Shown: piece after piece, positions 38,890 to 50,760 of the stretch
How the letters are laid out: each line of letters starts with the position of its first letter
Numbering within the stretch: the stretch's first letter is position 1
NCBI RefSeq assembly: GCF_006345805.1
Contig: NC_042997.1
Location: 17,856,001 to 17,920,000, forward strand
Source: Octopus sinensis
Taxonomy: Eukaryota
Reading direction: 5' to 3'
Length of the DNA: 64,000 nucleotides
Notes under the pieces: generated by a model
Told to the model about the DNA's origin: nothing
The model's database searches: none
The model's input: only the letters and a program-made list of their open reading frames with translations
Translations under genes and position numbers: made by a program

Positions 38890-39420
38890 AACATTACAAT
38901 ATAGCAAAGGACACTTTGCAACAAATATGGACTTGGCAGAGCAAAACAGTGGTGTGAACATAAATGGTACAAATCCAAAGGCATCATTGAAAATCATAAT
39001 GCAAAATCCTATGGGATTTTATGATTCAGTGCTAGGATAATCTTAATTGAGAAAGAAAGCAAACAATGCTGGATCATAGATATAGCATGCCCAGCTGACA
39101 ACAAGGTATGTGATAAAGAAGAAAGAAATGTTGATAAACATAACAGGTTAGCTTGGGAGGTTAAGCAGTTGTGGTCACTGAAAAAGGTGGTAGTAGTACC
39201 AATAATTGTTGGAGCCCTCGGAACAGTAAGTAAAAATCCTGAGTAGTATATGGAACAAATAGGGGCTGCAATAAGGGTGGAACACTTGCAAAAAACAGCA
39301 CTGCTTGGATCTGCTTGAATACTCTGGATGGTGCTCAAAAATTAAGGGGTGTTACCTTAGTTCATTGATAGTGAACAGCTGACACCATAGTACATCTCCA
39401 GTGTTAGAAGCTGTGCAAAG
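38890..39420 (+). mobile_element. R4/Dong LINE copy 3
   Basis: KILWDFMIQC..CWIIDIACPADNKV..VVVVPIIVGALGTV..LQKTALLGSA; (AAT)n tail. Confidence 0.88.
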
Positions 39421-39449
39421 ACAATAATAATAATAATAATAACAACAAT

Positions 39450-39636
39450 ATCGAAAACTACCTTAGGAATGAGAACCCAGGTTCGAAGTTTCCCCCAAGA
39501 CACCCGTTGAAGGCTGGAGGGTGTATCAGCTGAAACGTGTTAACAACAAACACGATGAGGACAAATATTTGTCAATTGTAAATAATGTAAATAATGTACA
39601 TAATTCCTCATCTCTTAAATATAGAACTGTATCAAC
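39450..39636 (+). mobile_element. PLE pLTR fragment with hammerhead family C copy 3 (39500-39540, core mutated to CCGTTGA)
   Basis: Homologous to 32940-33065; ACAC CCGTTGA AGGCTG GAGGGTGTAT CAGCT GAAACGT GT. Confidence 0.75.
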
Positions 39637-39683
39637 TTGTACAAATACAAAGCAAAAGTCAAACATATAATAATAATAATAAT

Positions 39684-40222
39684 GCAGTACCAGGCAGAGG
39701 CTCTCATGGCTTCTGATCTTAACTGATTGGAAGTGTTATCATGTTTTGTCTTGGTATAAAAGATGGGCTACAGCAAATATTCTGCTCAATACCACAGTTT
39801 TGCTTGCCAGTTGTTTGACCTTAACCAGTTGAGCATATCCCTTAGTGGCTGACGATATGTGCATCTCTGATCATGAGCAGAAGTAGTGGGGGAGCATCAT
39901 AGCCATGTGTTGAGAGGGATTCTCTGGGGTTTGAATAATTCACCTCTGGAAACATGGGTGTTTCGTTCAACATCCTAAAGTAACCCTTATTCAGGGACCT
40001 TTTGAGCAGGATGGGCTACTCGACCTGAAGAAAATTCTAACTGGGCCCCACCTGCAAGGTCATGTGCTGTTTATCTTGATATGAGATCACCATGTCGCGC
40101 ACATATGGTTGTGATGCATGTGCCTAGTGTACCCTTATCAGACAGGTAGTCAAGATGGGTATACTGGGCTTCGTATATTTTACCCCAGTGTCACTTTGAT
40201 GGCATGCACTGCTCGCTCACTC
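39684..40222 (+). mobile_element. ~550-bp non-coding (AAT)n-associated element, copy 2
   Basis: (AAT)n on both sides; the least decayed copy. Confidence 0.88.
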
Positions 40223-40239
40223 AATAATAATAATAACAA

Positions 40240-41420
40240 TATGAATTACAAGAGATAGACTAGAGAACACATAAATTAATGACAATGAAAAAGGAACTAC
40301 ACCCCAAGAGTGATGTGTCAAGATTGTATGTAGAGAGGAGGGAAGGAGGACAGGGATTAGTGCATTGTGAAGGTTGTGTAAGGGAAGAGAGAGAATAACC
40401 TGGCTTGGTATGTTAAGGGGAGTAAAGAAGAAATGATTGAAGCAGTGAAAATGCAGGGAACCTTAAAAGTGAAAGCCATAGATCCAATACAATTTAAGAA
40501 AGACCAGAGAGAGAGCAGAGGAAAAATTTTGGCTGGACAAGAAAATGTACAGTCAGTTCTTGAAGAATAAAGATGTCATTGATTGGAATAGAACCTGGCA
40601 ATGACAGCAGAAAGGAGACTTAAAAGAGCCTACTGAGGTATTAGTGAGCAGTGCTGAAGAACAAGCTCTCAAAACAAACTACTCCAAATACCATATTGAT
40701 AAAAGTACTGACTTGCCATAGAGTAGGATGTGCTCTGAGAAGGGATAAGGAAAGTATAAGCCATATTGTTAGTGAGCGCTGTAAGCTTGCACAATGTGAA
40801 TATAAAAAGAAACACAATATTGTGGCCAAATATATCCATCAGGCTGTTGTATGGTAAAGCAAACTTTGAGAGAGCTGAACAATGGTATGAATGGTATGAA
40901 CACAAGCCAGAGGGAGTAAAGGAAAATGAACATTACAAAATACTCTGAGATTTTAACATGCAGTGTGACCAAGTCATAGAGGTGAGACAACCAGATATTG
41001 TGCACATCCATAAAAGAAGTTAAGATAATAGAAACATAATAGAAAGATAATAGATGCTGCAATGCCTGGTGATTCAAGGGTGAAATGTATGGAAACAGAA
41101 AAGACTGAGAAATACCAGCCATTGTGTGACGAGATAGGAAAGTTATGGGGCATGAAAAAAATAATAATGATACCGGTGGTAATTGGAGCTTAGGAGCAGT
41201 TTTCAAGGGCTTTGAAAAACATATTAAGAATATTAGAGTTGCTGTCAGGCTCGAGGTGATCCAGAAGACATCATTGTTAGGTATAGCTTACATTCAATGG
41301 AGAGTATTGTGTCTCTTTCATTACAGTAGTAGGCACTACTTGAAACCGTTGGTGATTTGTTGTTGTCTGCTTTCAAGTAAAGAATAACTGGTAATTAAGA
41401 ACTATCTGAAAGTCTTTCAC
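40240..41420 (+). mobile_element. R4/Dong LINE copy 4
   Basis: LHPKSDVSRLYVERREGGQGL, SISHIVSERCKLAQCEYKKKHNIVAKYIH, KIL*DFNMQCDQVIEVRQPDIV. Confidence 0.88.
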
Positions 41421-41434
41421 AGTAGTAATAATAA

Positions 41435-41940
41435 TACAATCCCTTAAAGTTTGAAAGAATTTGGAGCATGCTAGCTGTAAAATTCGTGCCTATAAAAATT
41501 GGTGCATTGGAAACAGTAAACCAAGAAATAGACAAATGACTGATGGAGATTGAACTAAAATACCCAGTAGAGCTCCCACAGAAAGTTTGTCTCTATGGGA
41601 CAGCAAGGATTATCAGAAGGGTCCTAATCACTTGAAAGACTGCTGAAAAATTGTGGATACCTGAGGTTACAGTTAGTCACCCACTATCAACATAATTCCT
41701 ACCAGGAATAAGACCGAACCTGAGCCAAACTAAAATAATAATAGTGATAATAATGGAATTGACATGAGAGTAGAACAAGCTCAAAAACTACTCTATTGGG
41801 GATAGTGAGGATTTTGAGATTGGTTTGTGAGTATTAAGTATTGTGGAAAGAGACTCTGTGAGACTTTTGACAATAAGTTGTCCACTCTCATAGAAGTAAC
41901 TGGAGCAAGTAAAATTGAGAGCTCTGAGAAGTAAAATGAT
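41435..41940 (+). mobile_element. Two short R4/Dong 3' fragments (copies 5 and 6)
   Basis: ELPQKVCLYGTARIIRRVL and MRVEQAQK..RILRLV, each followed by an AAT-type tail. Confidence 0.7.
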
Positions 41941-42029
41941 GTAATAACAATAATAATTATGATGATGATGGTGATGTTGACAACAGCAAGAACAACAAAA
42001 ACTACTACAATAACAACAACAATAATAAT

Positions 42030-43030
42030 AAAGTGGCATGATAGAGATGAATTAGGGAAAATATTTATGAAAACATACTGGAAAAGATTTATCCAATGAT
42101 GGGAAAATAAACTTATTAAATTTAGAAGTAACATATAAGCATCTGAGAATACTGAAAAAATGAGTAAATCAAAAATATAGAAATAAAGGAAGCCCTCAGT
42201 AAAGAATATTTTTGCAAAATGAAGATTGAATCATCATCCAAATTGAATAAGGGAAATATCATAAAGCTATTAACTTGAGGGCAGTATTACTGATAAAGTA
42301 TGGAACCAGAATCATTGAATGGAGGAAGAATGAGCTGAAGGATTCAAACAGAGAAATGACGTAACAGCTTCACTGCAAATAAGCATGCCTATCCAATCAT
42401 ATGTGGGCTGGTCATATTAGAAAAAAGCAGGAGCAAAAGGGTTAATGAGTGTTGAAGCGGCAGCAGAACTAGTAAGAAGCATGTCTGATTTCTATATAGA
42501 AGGAAAAGAACAAACATTTCTTAAGGCAGTAATAAATGAACGACTCTTCACAGAATGTGTAGAACCCAAAGAGAAAATATGAAAATGTGGTATAAATGGA
42601 AATTAAACGTTGAAGGAAAGAAGATTCACTCTGTAAATTTTAAAGCAACAATAAAATTAAGGCTTGTCAAGTACTGCTGGAGAATTGATGAATGAGACCA
42701 AGGGAATGATTTTTGTAGTACAAGGACAAGGCATGAGGGTAAATTAGGATCAACAAAAGTTTCTCCTAAATGTAAAAATGTGTGATGATACAGATACATT
42801 AAGGTCTTGGGAACAGTAAACAAAAACTTGAGAGCAAACCTTGGGCAACTTAATTTTAATCTAGTAGTAGGTGCAATAGAGATAACATATTTACTGTATT
42901 TCTCAATACAAAGCAAGAATAGATATGAAGAGTCAAAAGATTTTTTATAAAGTAAGTATAAAATGTCTTTCATCGTAAACCAATATAATGAAGCATGGGA
43001 AACATTATACAAAAGGAATTAAATGAAACG
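42030..43030 (+). mobile_element. Old R4/Dong relic (copy 7, RT C-terminus)
   Basis: SKLNKGNII..IKYGTRIIEWRKNELKD..GAKGLMSVE. Confidence 0.6.
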
Positions 43031-43369
43031 TTCTAACACAGAGGCAGCTACATGGGGCTAATCATGAAATTCCATCAGATTTTAGATTACTCTGACTACC
43101 AAAAGTAATTGCTCTCACCCAGTTGAATACCTTGATCTACTGGGATATGCTGAGTATACCCTACTTCATGAAGGCCATTCTTGCCCACCTTTCTGTAAAT
43201 CTACTGGATAGCAGCAAGTTACTCTCTATCCTCACCTTCTCCAAGTGAAACTTAAAGAAAATAATTTTTAACACAGGTACATATTTTGAGGAAGAGAACA
43301 ATTTGTTAAATGAACCCAACAGGAAGAATTGCAAGTTTGAGTGAGATGGAATTTGAACTCATATCATAA

Positions 43370-43403
43370 GCAACTATAACTAAATATGAAATATTCTAAC
43401 ACC

Positions 43404-43439
<36 letters not shown>

Positions 43440-43552
43440 ATAATAATAATAATAATAATAAAATAATAATAATAATAATGATGATAATAATAATAATAAT
43501 AATGATAATAATAATAATAATAATGATAATAATAATAATAATAATAATAATA

Positions 43553-43588
<36 letters not shown>

Positions 43589-43590
43589 TC
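43370..43590. repeat. Compound (TAC)n/(TAA)n/(TTA)n microsatellite with strand switch
   Basis: Direct inspection. Confidence 0.95.
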
Positions 43591-45900
43591 CTTTATTTGC
43601 CACCTGGGTGACAGGTGATGGGGACAATACAAAGACAGATATAAAATGTGGAGATTTACATAGAATTGAATGATTAAAAAAAGTTATACAATATTAACAG
43701 GATGATAATGGTATGATATAGTAAGATTTCTGATATAGTAAGATTTCTTGGGCAAGCAAGGAACCCCACTGATCCTGAGTCACCCTTCTCAACAATGACA
43801 GATGAACTAACAGTTGATGATTTCTTTTTTTGTTCACATTGATGTGTGTGTTCTAACTGTTGTGTATAAACTAGATTGTGTTTCAGTTTGTCAAGGTAGA
43901 TTCCCTGATAATGGTGGTGGTGTTGATTGGGATGATGGTAGTGATAGTAACTGTTTGGTTGGTGTTGGTGCACCAGTATTCAAAAGCATCTCCCTCATTT
44001 GTTAATATCTGCCTGTATTTGTTATTTTTACCTTTATTTGCATTAGTAACTTTTTGCCATTTATGCCTCTCATTGACACCTTCACCACACGACCTATCTG
44101 TGTGGTGTGAGTGGGCAAGGATTTGTCTTTGGGCAGGAGTTTTGTTTTGTTTTGTCATTGATATATTTGTTATTGGCTTGGCATTTTCTGTTGCTGCTGC
44201 TGCTGCTGTTTGTGATGTAGTGGCTTTTGATAGTGATCTATCTAGTTTTTATTGCTGTTGTTTCCAACTTTTGGTGCTATGGTTGTAGATGCTACTTTCA
44301 GTTTTGAAGTTGGTGCTTTGTTTGTTTGTTGAGCGAAGCGGTCTTCGTCCCAGTGGGAGAAGTCTGAAACGTTGTCTTTTGCTATTCATAAGACCTGCAG
44401 AAGAGAAAGCAGGTCAACCCCCGACACCGAGAGCATTGACGGATGGATGAATGCGCATCCAGGCTCAGCGGTTGCATAGGAAGTCGAGGACAAGAAACAG
44501 GAAGAAAGAGTGAAAGAAAGTTGGGGTGAAAGAGTACAACAGGGGTCACCACCACCCCCTGCCGGAGCCTCGTGGTGCTTTAGGTATTTTTGCTCAATAA
44601 ACACACACAATACCCGGTCTGGGAATCGAAACCGCGATCCTCCGACTGCGAGTCCGTTGCCCTAACCACTGGGCCATTACGCCTCCACTGAAGTTGGTGC
44701 TGCAACTACAGCTGTGTTGAGATTACTGCAGTTGTTTTTTCTTTAGTATTGATGTTGTGGAGTTGGCAGTAATGTAGGCTTCTTTAGCTTTAATTTTCTG
44801 TCGTTATTTGGGATAGAAAGACTTGAAGTAATAAGTGCTTCAATAATTGTAGCATCAGTGTATTCTAATCCCACAAATATTACCAGCAGTTATTGTCCAC
44901 TTAAGGTCTCTATTAAGTTGGAGACTTTGTCCAGCACTGGCGATTTTGTCCAGTGTTGGAAATCAAAATTTCCAATCCCATCCTGGCCCAATTTTTTTAG
45001 AATTTTTTAACTTCTAGCAGAATGCTTGGGTCTTTCAATGTCATACACTTCATCATCCATGAGAACCATAAGCAGAAGTCTAGTTCTGGTGGTATCTCAG
45101 ATTTTTACTCAGTTCACTCTCCATTCTAGGTAGATAGGTATCAGTGTAAAATCTTCAGCATTTTGCTGGACAGTAGAATGCTTCTGGTCTAGGGTTTCTG
45201 AATGGAAAATAACTAGGATGTATTCGAATTTATGAGCATGTCCTATAAAATTAATGCCTTGTCAAATGTTTTTTAAACAAATTCCAGCATGGTCTGAATG
45301 TATATGCTCTAATTTGTGTCTTTTCTTCAAATTGATTTCTTTTCTGTTGGTCTAAAAGATGTGTTATACTGAGCTTTTCGTTTTTGTAGTCTGTTAATGT
45401 GTTTCTCCATTTTTTACTGAACGTTCTTGCTTTTTACCCAGCGAGTTAAGGTTGAAAATGTTAGCAATCTTGAAAAACTAAATGTTTATTGCTATGTTTT
45501 TATAGCTACTGCTGTTGTTAGCATCATCATTATGCTGTTATTACTGCTTCTTACTGGGGGGGGGGGAGTACTTGTTTTGTTTGTGTTGCCAATGTTTGTT
45601 GCTATAGTGAAGGCAGCTGTGGCAATGCACAATTTTCTGTCACTAGCTTCTTTGTATGACATGTCTTTAACTGCTATTGTTGGTGTTGTTGTTGCTGTAG
45701 TTACCATTGTTGTTATCTCTGTTGTTGCTTTTCATACTACTGTTCTTGTATTAAATTGCCACTGCATATGCAGTGTTGTGTAGCAGGAGATGAAAACACC
45801 TTTCCATCTTCTTTTGCTGGGCAGTTGGCAAAGATGACATCATTTTGAAAATGTTATCTGTGCTTCAAAAACTTTTCTTTCTTCTAAAATTTTGCCCAAG
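43575..45900 (-). mobile_element. Decayed L1/Tx1-like LINE (ORF1-like low-complexity region plus 3' end)
   Basis: Disrupted long minus-strand frames (EDFTLIPIYL, EIPPEL, SYKEA, KWQKV); 3' end ...gtggcaaataaagg followed by (AAT)n. Clade assignment is inference. Confidence 0.35.
44318..44688 (-). mobile_element. Young tRNA-derived SINE with 13-bp TSD
   Basis: TSD tgaagttggtgct at 44305-44317 and 44689-44701; head nearly identical to the 29837 copy. Confidence 0.9.
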
Positions 45901-46094
45901 AGGGCAAATACTAAAATGATTGATCAGTTCCTTATGATTCTGGTCAGTTAAAAAACAAGATGGAACAATAACAGGAACAAAAACAGACACTTCAAAAGGA
46001 AAACTAAGTACAAATTCATGCAGATTCAAAATCCATTCAGCTTAGGCAATAAGTGACAGCAACAACAACAATAATGATAATGATAATTCTTTCT

Positions 46095-46285
46095 ATGATG
46101 GGCACAAGGTCTGAAATTTGGGGGAGGAGGCTTGTTGGTCACATGGATCCCAGTATTCATCTGGTACTTATTTTATTGACTCCTTAAAGATAAAGTGCGA
46201 TGTCAACAATGGTAGTATTTAAACTTAGACTGTAATGTCAGAAGAAATGCCACTAAGCATTTTGCCTGGAGCACCAACTATTCTT
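46095..46285 (-). mobile_element. Meta-core SINE
   Basis: ggcacaagg...ctggtacttattttattgac...ccactaagcattttgcc. Confidence 0.75.
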
Positions 46286-46352
46286 ATAGTTTACTGCCTT
46301 GACAATAATAATAATGATGATGATGATGATGATGATGATAATGATGATGATA

Positions 46353-46419
<67 letters not shown>

Positions 46420-46422
<3 letters not shown>

Positions 46423-46615
46423 ATAACAAAAACACCAGGACTTACAAACACATATAACACAGAAAATTGCACTACTAGGCACTGCACACATCCTACGCAG
46501 AACACTTTCCATACAATAACCATCACAGCATCACAACAAATCACAGCACATACCCAAAGCACACAGAGCTGCGCTCGGTAGTGAAGTGAAAGCACGCTAT
46601 AAAAATAAAACTACT
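46420..46615 (+). mobile_element. R4/Dong 3' fragment (copy 8)
   Basis: QKIALLGTAHILRRTLSIQ*; (AAT)n on both sides. Confidence 0.85.
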
Positions 46616-46632
46616 GAATAATAATAATAATG

Positions 46633-46692
<60 letters not shown>

Positions 46693-46693
<1 letters not shown>

Positions 46694-47160
46694 CACTGAA
46701 AATGAAAACTGCAAAATCTTGTGGGATGTAATGATCCAGTGCAATCACCTGACCAGACATCAGAAACAGACATTGTTGTGGCGAATAAAAAAGAAAGACC
46801 ATGTATGATAATAAATATAGCATGTCCTGGTGACAACAGGATCAATGTGAAAGAAGAAAATAAACAACTATGACGATTTAAAGTGGGAAATACGAAGTTT
46901 GTGGTCAATGAAGAGAGTAGTTGTGATACCAATAGTAATTCTTGCACTTGAAAGTATCAGTACTCAATTACCAACATGACTGAAAAAGATAGGTGCAAGT
47001 GTGAAGGTAGAACACCTACAAAAATCAGCATTGCTTGGAACTGCAAGAATTCTTTGCAGGGTTCTTGAAGCATGACCAGTAAACAAGTGACATGTTAGTC
47101 TGCTGGCTGTGGACAGCTGAGACTTTCCATCACACCAAGCAAAATAATCTGTGAGTTTTC
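46693..47160 (+). mobile_element. R4/Dong copy 9
   Basis: ENCKILWDVMIQC..RPDIVVANKKERPCMIINIACPGDNRI..QKSALLGTARILCRVLEA*. Confidence 0.88.
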
Positions 47161-47206
47161 ATATATTAATAATAATAATAATAATATTAATAATAATAAT
47201 TAATAA

Positions 47207-47750
47207 CTGTCCTGATGCAGTACCAGGCAGTGACACTCATGGCTTCTGATCTTAACTGATTGGAAGTGCTATCGTGTACATGTTTTGTCTTGGGCTACAG
47301 AAAATATTCTGCTTAATACCACAGATTTACTTGTCAGTTGCTTGACCGTAACCAGATGAGCATGTCCCTCAGTGGCTGATGATATGTGCATCTCTGATCA
47401 TGAGTAGAAGTAGCAGGAGTGCATCAGAGTCATGAGTTGAGAGGAATTCTTTGTGGTTTGAATAATTCACCACAGGAAACATGGGTGTTTCATTCAACAT
47501 CCTTAAGCAACTCTTATTCAGAGACCTTTTGAGTGGAATAGGCCACTTAACTTGAAGAAAATTGTAGCTGGGCCCCACCTGCATGGTCATGCACTGTTTA
47601 TCTTGCTATGAGATCACCATGTCATGCACATAGGGTTGTGATGCATGTGCCTAGTTTACCCTTATCATATGGGTAGTCATGATGGGTATACTGGGCTTCG
47701 TATATTTTACCCCAGTGTCACTTTGATGGCATGCACTGCTCTCTTACTCA
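47207..47750 (+). mobile_element. ~550-bp non-coding (AAT)n-associated element, copy 3
   Basis: Collinear with copies 1 and 2; followed by (CTA)n/(AAT)n. Confidence 0.85.
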
Positions 47751-47769
47751 CTCACTACTACTAGTGCTG

Positions 47770-47866
<97 letters not shown>

Positions 47867-49544
47867 TAATAATGTCATTTTCTGCAGACACTAGTTGTTG
47901 ATTTTTTGATATTCCATTTCACTTTAAACTCATTCTTATTTTTCTTTCTACAATTTTCAATTGCATATCAAACAATCTAGAATCAACTAAATTCCCTGTA
48001 ACTGCTTCAGATCCATTGATTTTCTACCCATATATCACTGTAAACCTCAAACATTTTTTTCACCTGTCCCATACATAGCCTCAGGAGTGAAATAGATGCA
48101 CAAATAGAAATATATATTATGTTTATTCTGGCATGATACTGACTGACCAATTTTGATATTTCTTGTGTAGCAAGCTGATAGGATACAAGTTGTAAATTAT
48201 TCCTGTTTCTAGAGAAGTTATAAATTATTCGTATTTCTAAATATAAAGAACCTCCACCACTATTTCCTGTCAAATTTCCTCCTGTTCATTCTTACTGTAT
48301 TAACCTCTCTCACTTTCTCCCTCAATCTCCCCTTCTCCAGTGCACCTTCTTACTCTAGCTCTCTTCCTATCTTTTGTCTGAACATCAGAATGGTGAACAT
48401 CACAATTGCAATGCCTAATGCAACAAGCTGAGACATATAGGTTACCTGTATGTGTTAACTTGTACATACACATACATACTTATGCAAATACACACATACA
48501 CATAAACACATACATACATATCATAAACTCATATGTATCCACACACATCAACTTGCAAATGGAAACATAATTGCACATTTGAATACACCCACACATTGGT
48601 ATGGATATATATACTTATGAATACGCCCATATGTGCCTGTATGTAAATTACCTATAGAACATATGTATTATATGAGAGAAAGAAAGAGAGAAGGTGATAG
48701 AGAAAATGGGGAAAAAGTGACAGAAAATAAAAGGAGAAAAAGATGAAGAGAAGAATCTGAAAACCATATAAAAGCCATGAAATCGAATGAAGTTTGTAGT
48801 TATTTGTGATATCTAGAACCAGTTGAAAGTGGATATCTTGGAAATGCATTCATTAATGCAAATTCTATGCTAACATCAAAGTCATTATGCAAATCAGAGC
48901 CTTCCTTTTGTAACATGAAATATTAAAATGCTTTGCCAGTATTGAGGATTATATTTCTTTTGCAGGAACTACAAAAGACACTAATATAAAGTTTCTTCAG
49001 CTTAGCTGATCAAATGCTCCTAGATTAGCTTGATCATCTGGATTAACCAAATTAGTTTTACAGTTTTTAGAGTTTTGATTCTTTGATCCTTATTGTTGAT
49101 AATATTTCAATGAAAATATGATATATGATGCATGAAGAATATGATATATATATAAAAAAAAGACAATATCATGAATGAATAAACTGCGTATAACATACAT
49201 GTGCACTTAAACACATACAAATCTATTTATGTACACACATACATTCACTCACACACATATATACAAGTGTGTGTCCACATACATAAACATGTCCATATGA
49301 ATATATACAAGTACATGTATAGACTAGCACACACACATACACACACATACATACACACACACACATACACACACACACAGCTGTATTGTTGAAATGTTTG
49401 TTTCACAACCTTGCATTTTGGGTTCAGATCCAATCTACAGCCAACACCTTGGGCCAATGTTATCTGCTATAGACCTTGGTCAGCCTATGCCTTCTAAGTG
49501 AAGTTGGTGGACAGAAATAAACTGATAGCTGGTTTTGTATGTGT

Positions 49545-50095
49545 GTGTGGCAGAGCTTGAGGCAGTCTAGTGTTACTACACAAAAAGATTGACTCAGTGA
49601 AACAAATAAGCTTTTGGGAGAGGCTAAAGGAACTGAAGCTGTACTCCTTAGAGAGAAGTCATGAAATATATGCAGTGATATACATATGGAAGACCCTGGA
49701 AGGTTTAACTCCCAACTTTGGAATTGAAAACTGTACCAGCCACCAGATTGGACGGCACTGTATAATACCAAAGATCCTGTCTTCTCCATCTAGAATGAGA
49801 ACCCAGTTCGGTAACAGCTTGGGTTTCATGTGTCCACAACTATTCAACATTCTACCAAACAGCCTCAGAGATTCACACAGTGTAGATGTGGGGATATTGA
49901 AAGAGTGTCTGGACAAATTTTTACGTGAGATACCAGATGGACCAACATTGATTGCAGCAGGAGGCACAAAGAAGAGTAGCTCCATCCAACTTGTTACTTC
50001 ACCAGAAACCATACAGAAAAGAAACCCAATACTGAAAGACAGTGCTCCAGCATGGCCTCAGCCTCTGGTTGAAACCAGTAAAGAATAAAAGATAT
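49545..50095 (+). mobile_element. CR1-like LINE 3' end (ORF 49570-50088)
   Basis: FWERLKELKLYSLERS..IYIWKTLEGL..PQLFNILPNSLR..LDKFLREIPDGP; tail ccagcatggcc..gaaaccagtaaagaataaaaga. Confidence 0.8.
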
Positions 50096-50214
50096 ATAAA
50101 TATATATATATATATATATAAACATTTAGTTTATGAATGTGCTTATATATATATATATATACCGGAGTAAACACATAAATGTGAAACAAGGTGGAAAAAA
50201 AGAGTACTCAAATA

Positions 50215-50248
50215 CTGATGAACGGCAACGAGAAACTCAGAGTAACAG
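50215..50248 (+). ncRNA. Hammerhead motif, family D (5' strand of helix I missing)
   Basis: CTGATGA ACG GCAA CGA GAA ACTCAGAGT A|ACAG: intact core, GNRA-capped helix II, quasi-palindromic helix III. Confidence 0.6.
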
Positions 50249-50294
50249 ATTTTGTTGAATATTCTGCTACTTTAAATAAAGTATATATATAATA

Positions 50295-50760
50295 TATGCC
50301 AGCACCGCCTCGTCTGGCTTCCGTGCCGGTGGCACATAAAATACACCAATCCGACCGTGGCCGTTGCCAGCCTCGCCTGGCACCTGTGCAGGTGGCACGT
50401 AAAAAGCACCCACTACACTCACGGAGTGGTTGGCGTTAGGAAGGGCATCCAGCTGTAGAAACACTGCCAGATAAGACTGGAGCCTGGTGCAGCCTTCTGG
50501 CTTCCCAGATCCCCAGTCGAACCGTCCAACCCATGCTAGCATGGAGAACGGACGTTAAACGACGATGATGATGATGATATATATATATATACTCACAGAC
50601 ACATACATACATATTTACAGATATATATAAATATGTATATATAACTTGGAGTCTGGTGCAGCCATCTGCTTCGCCAGACCTCAGTCAAATCGTCCAAACC
50701 ATGCTAGCATGGAAAGCGGACGTTAAACGATGATGATGATGATGATGATGATGATTATGA
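50295..50760 (+). mobile_element. Two RTE-family-2 3' UTR copies with (GAT)n tails (young)
   Basis: End catgctagcatgga(g/a)a(a/g)cggacgttaaacgatgatg; another copy lies on the minus strand at 51270-51460. Confidence 0.85.

Noticed and set aside
44330-44380. GAAACGTTGTC half-hammerhead in the SINE tail
   Set aside because: There is no CUGANGA upstream.
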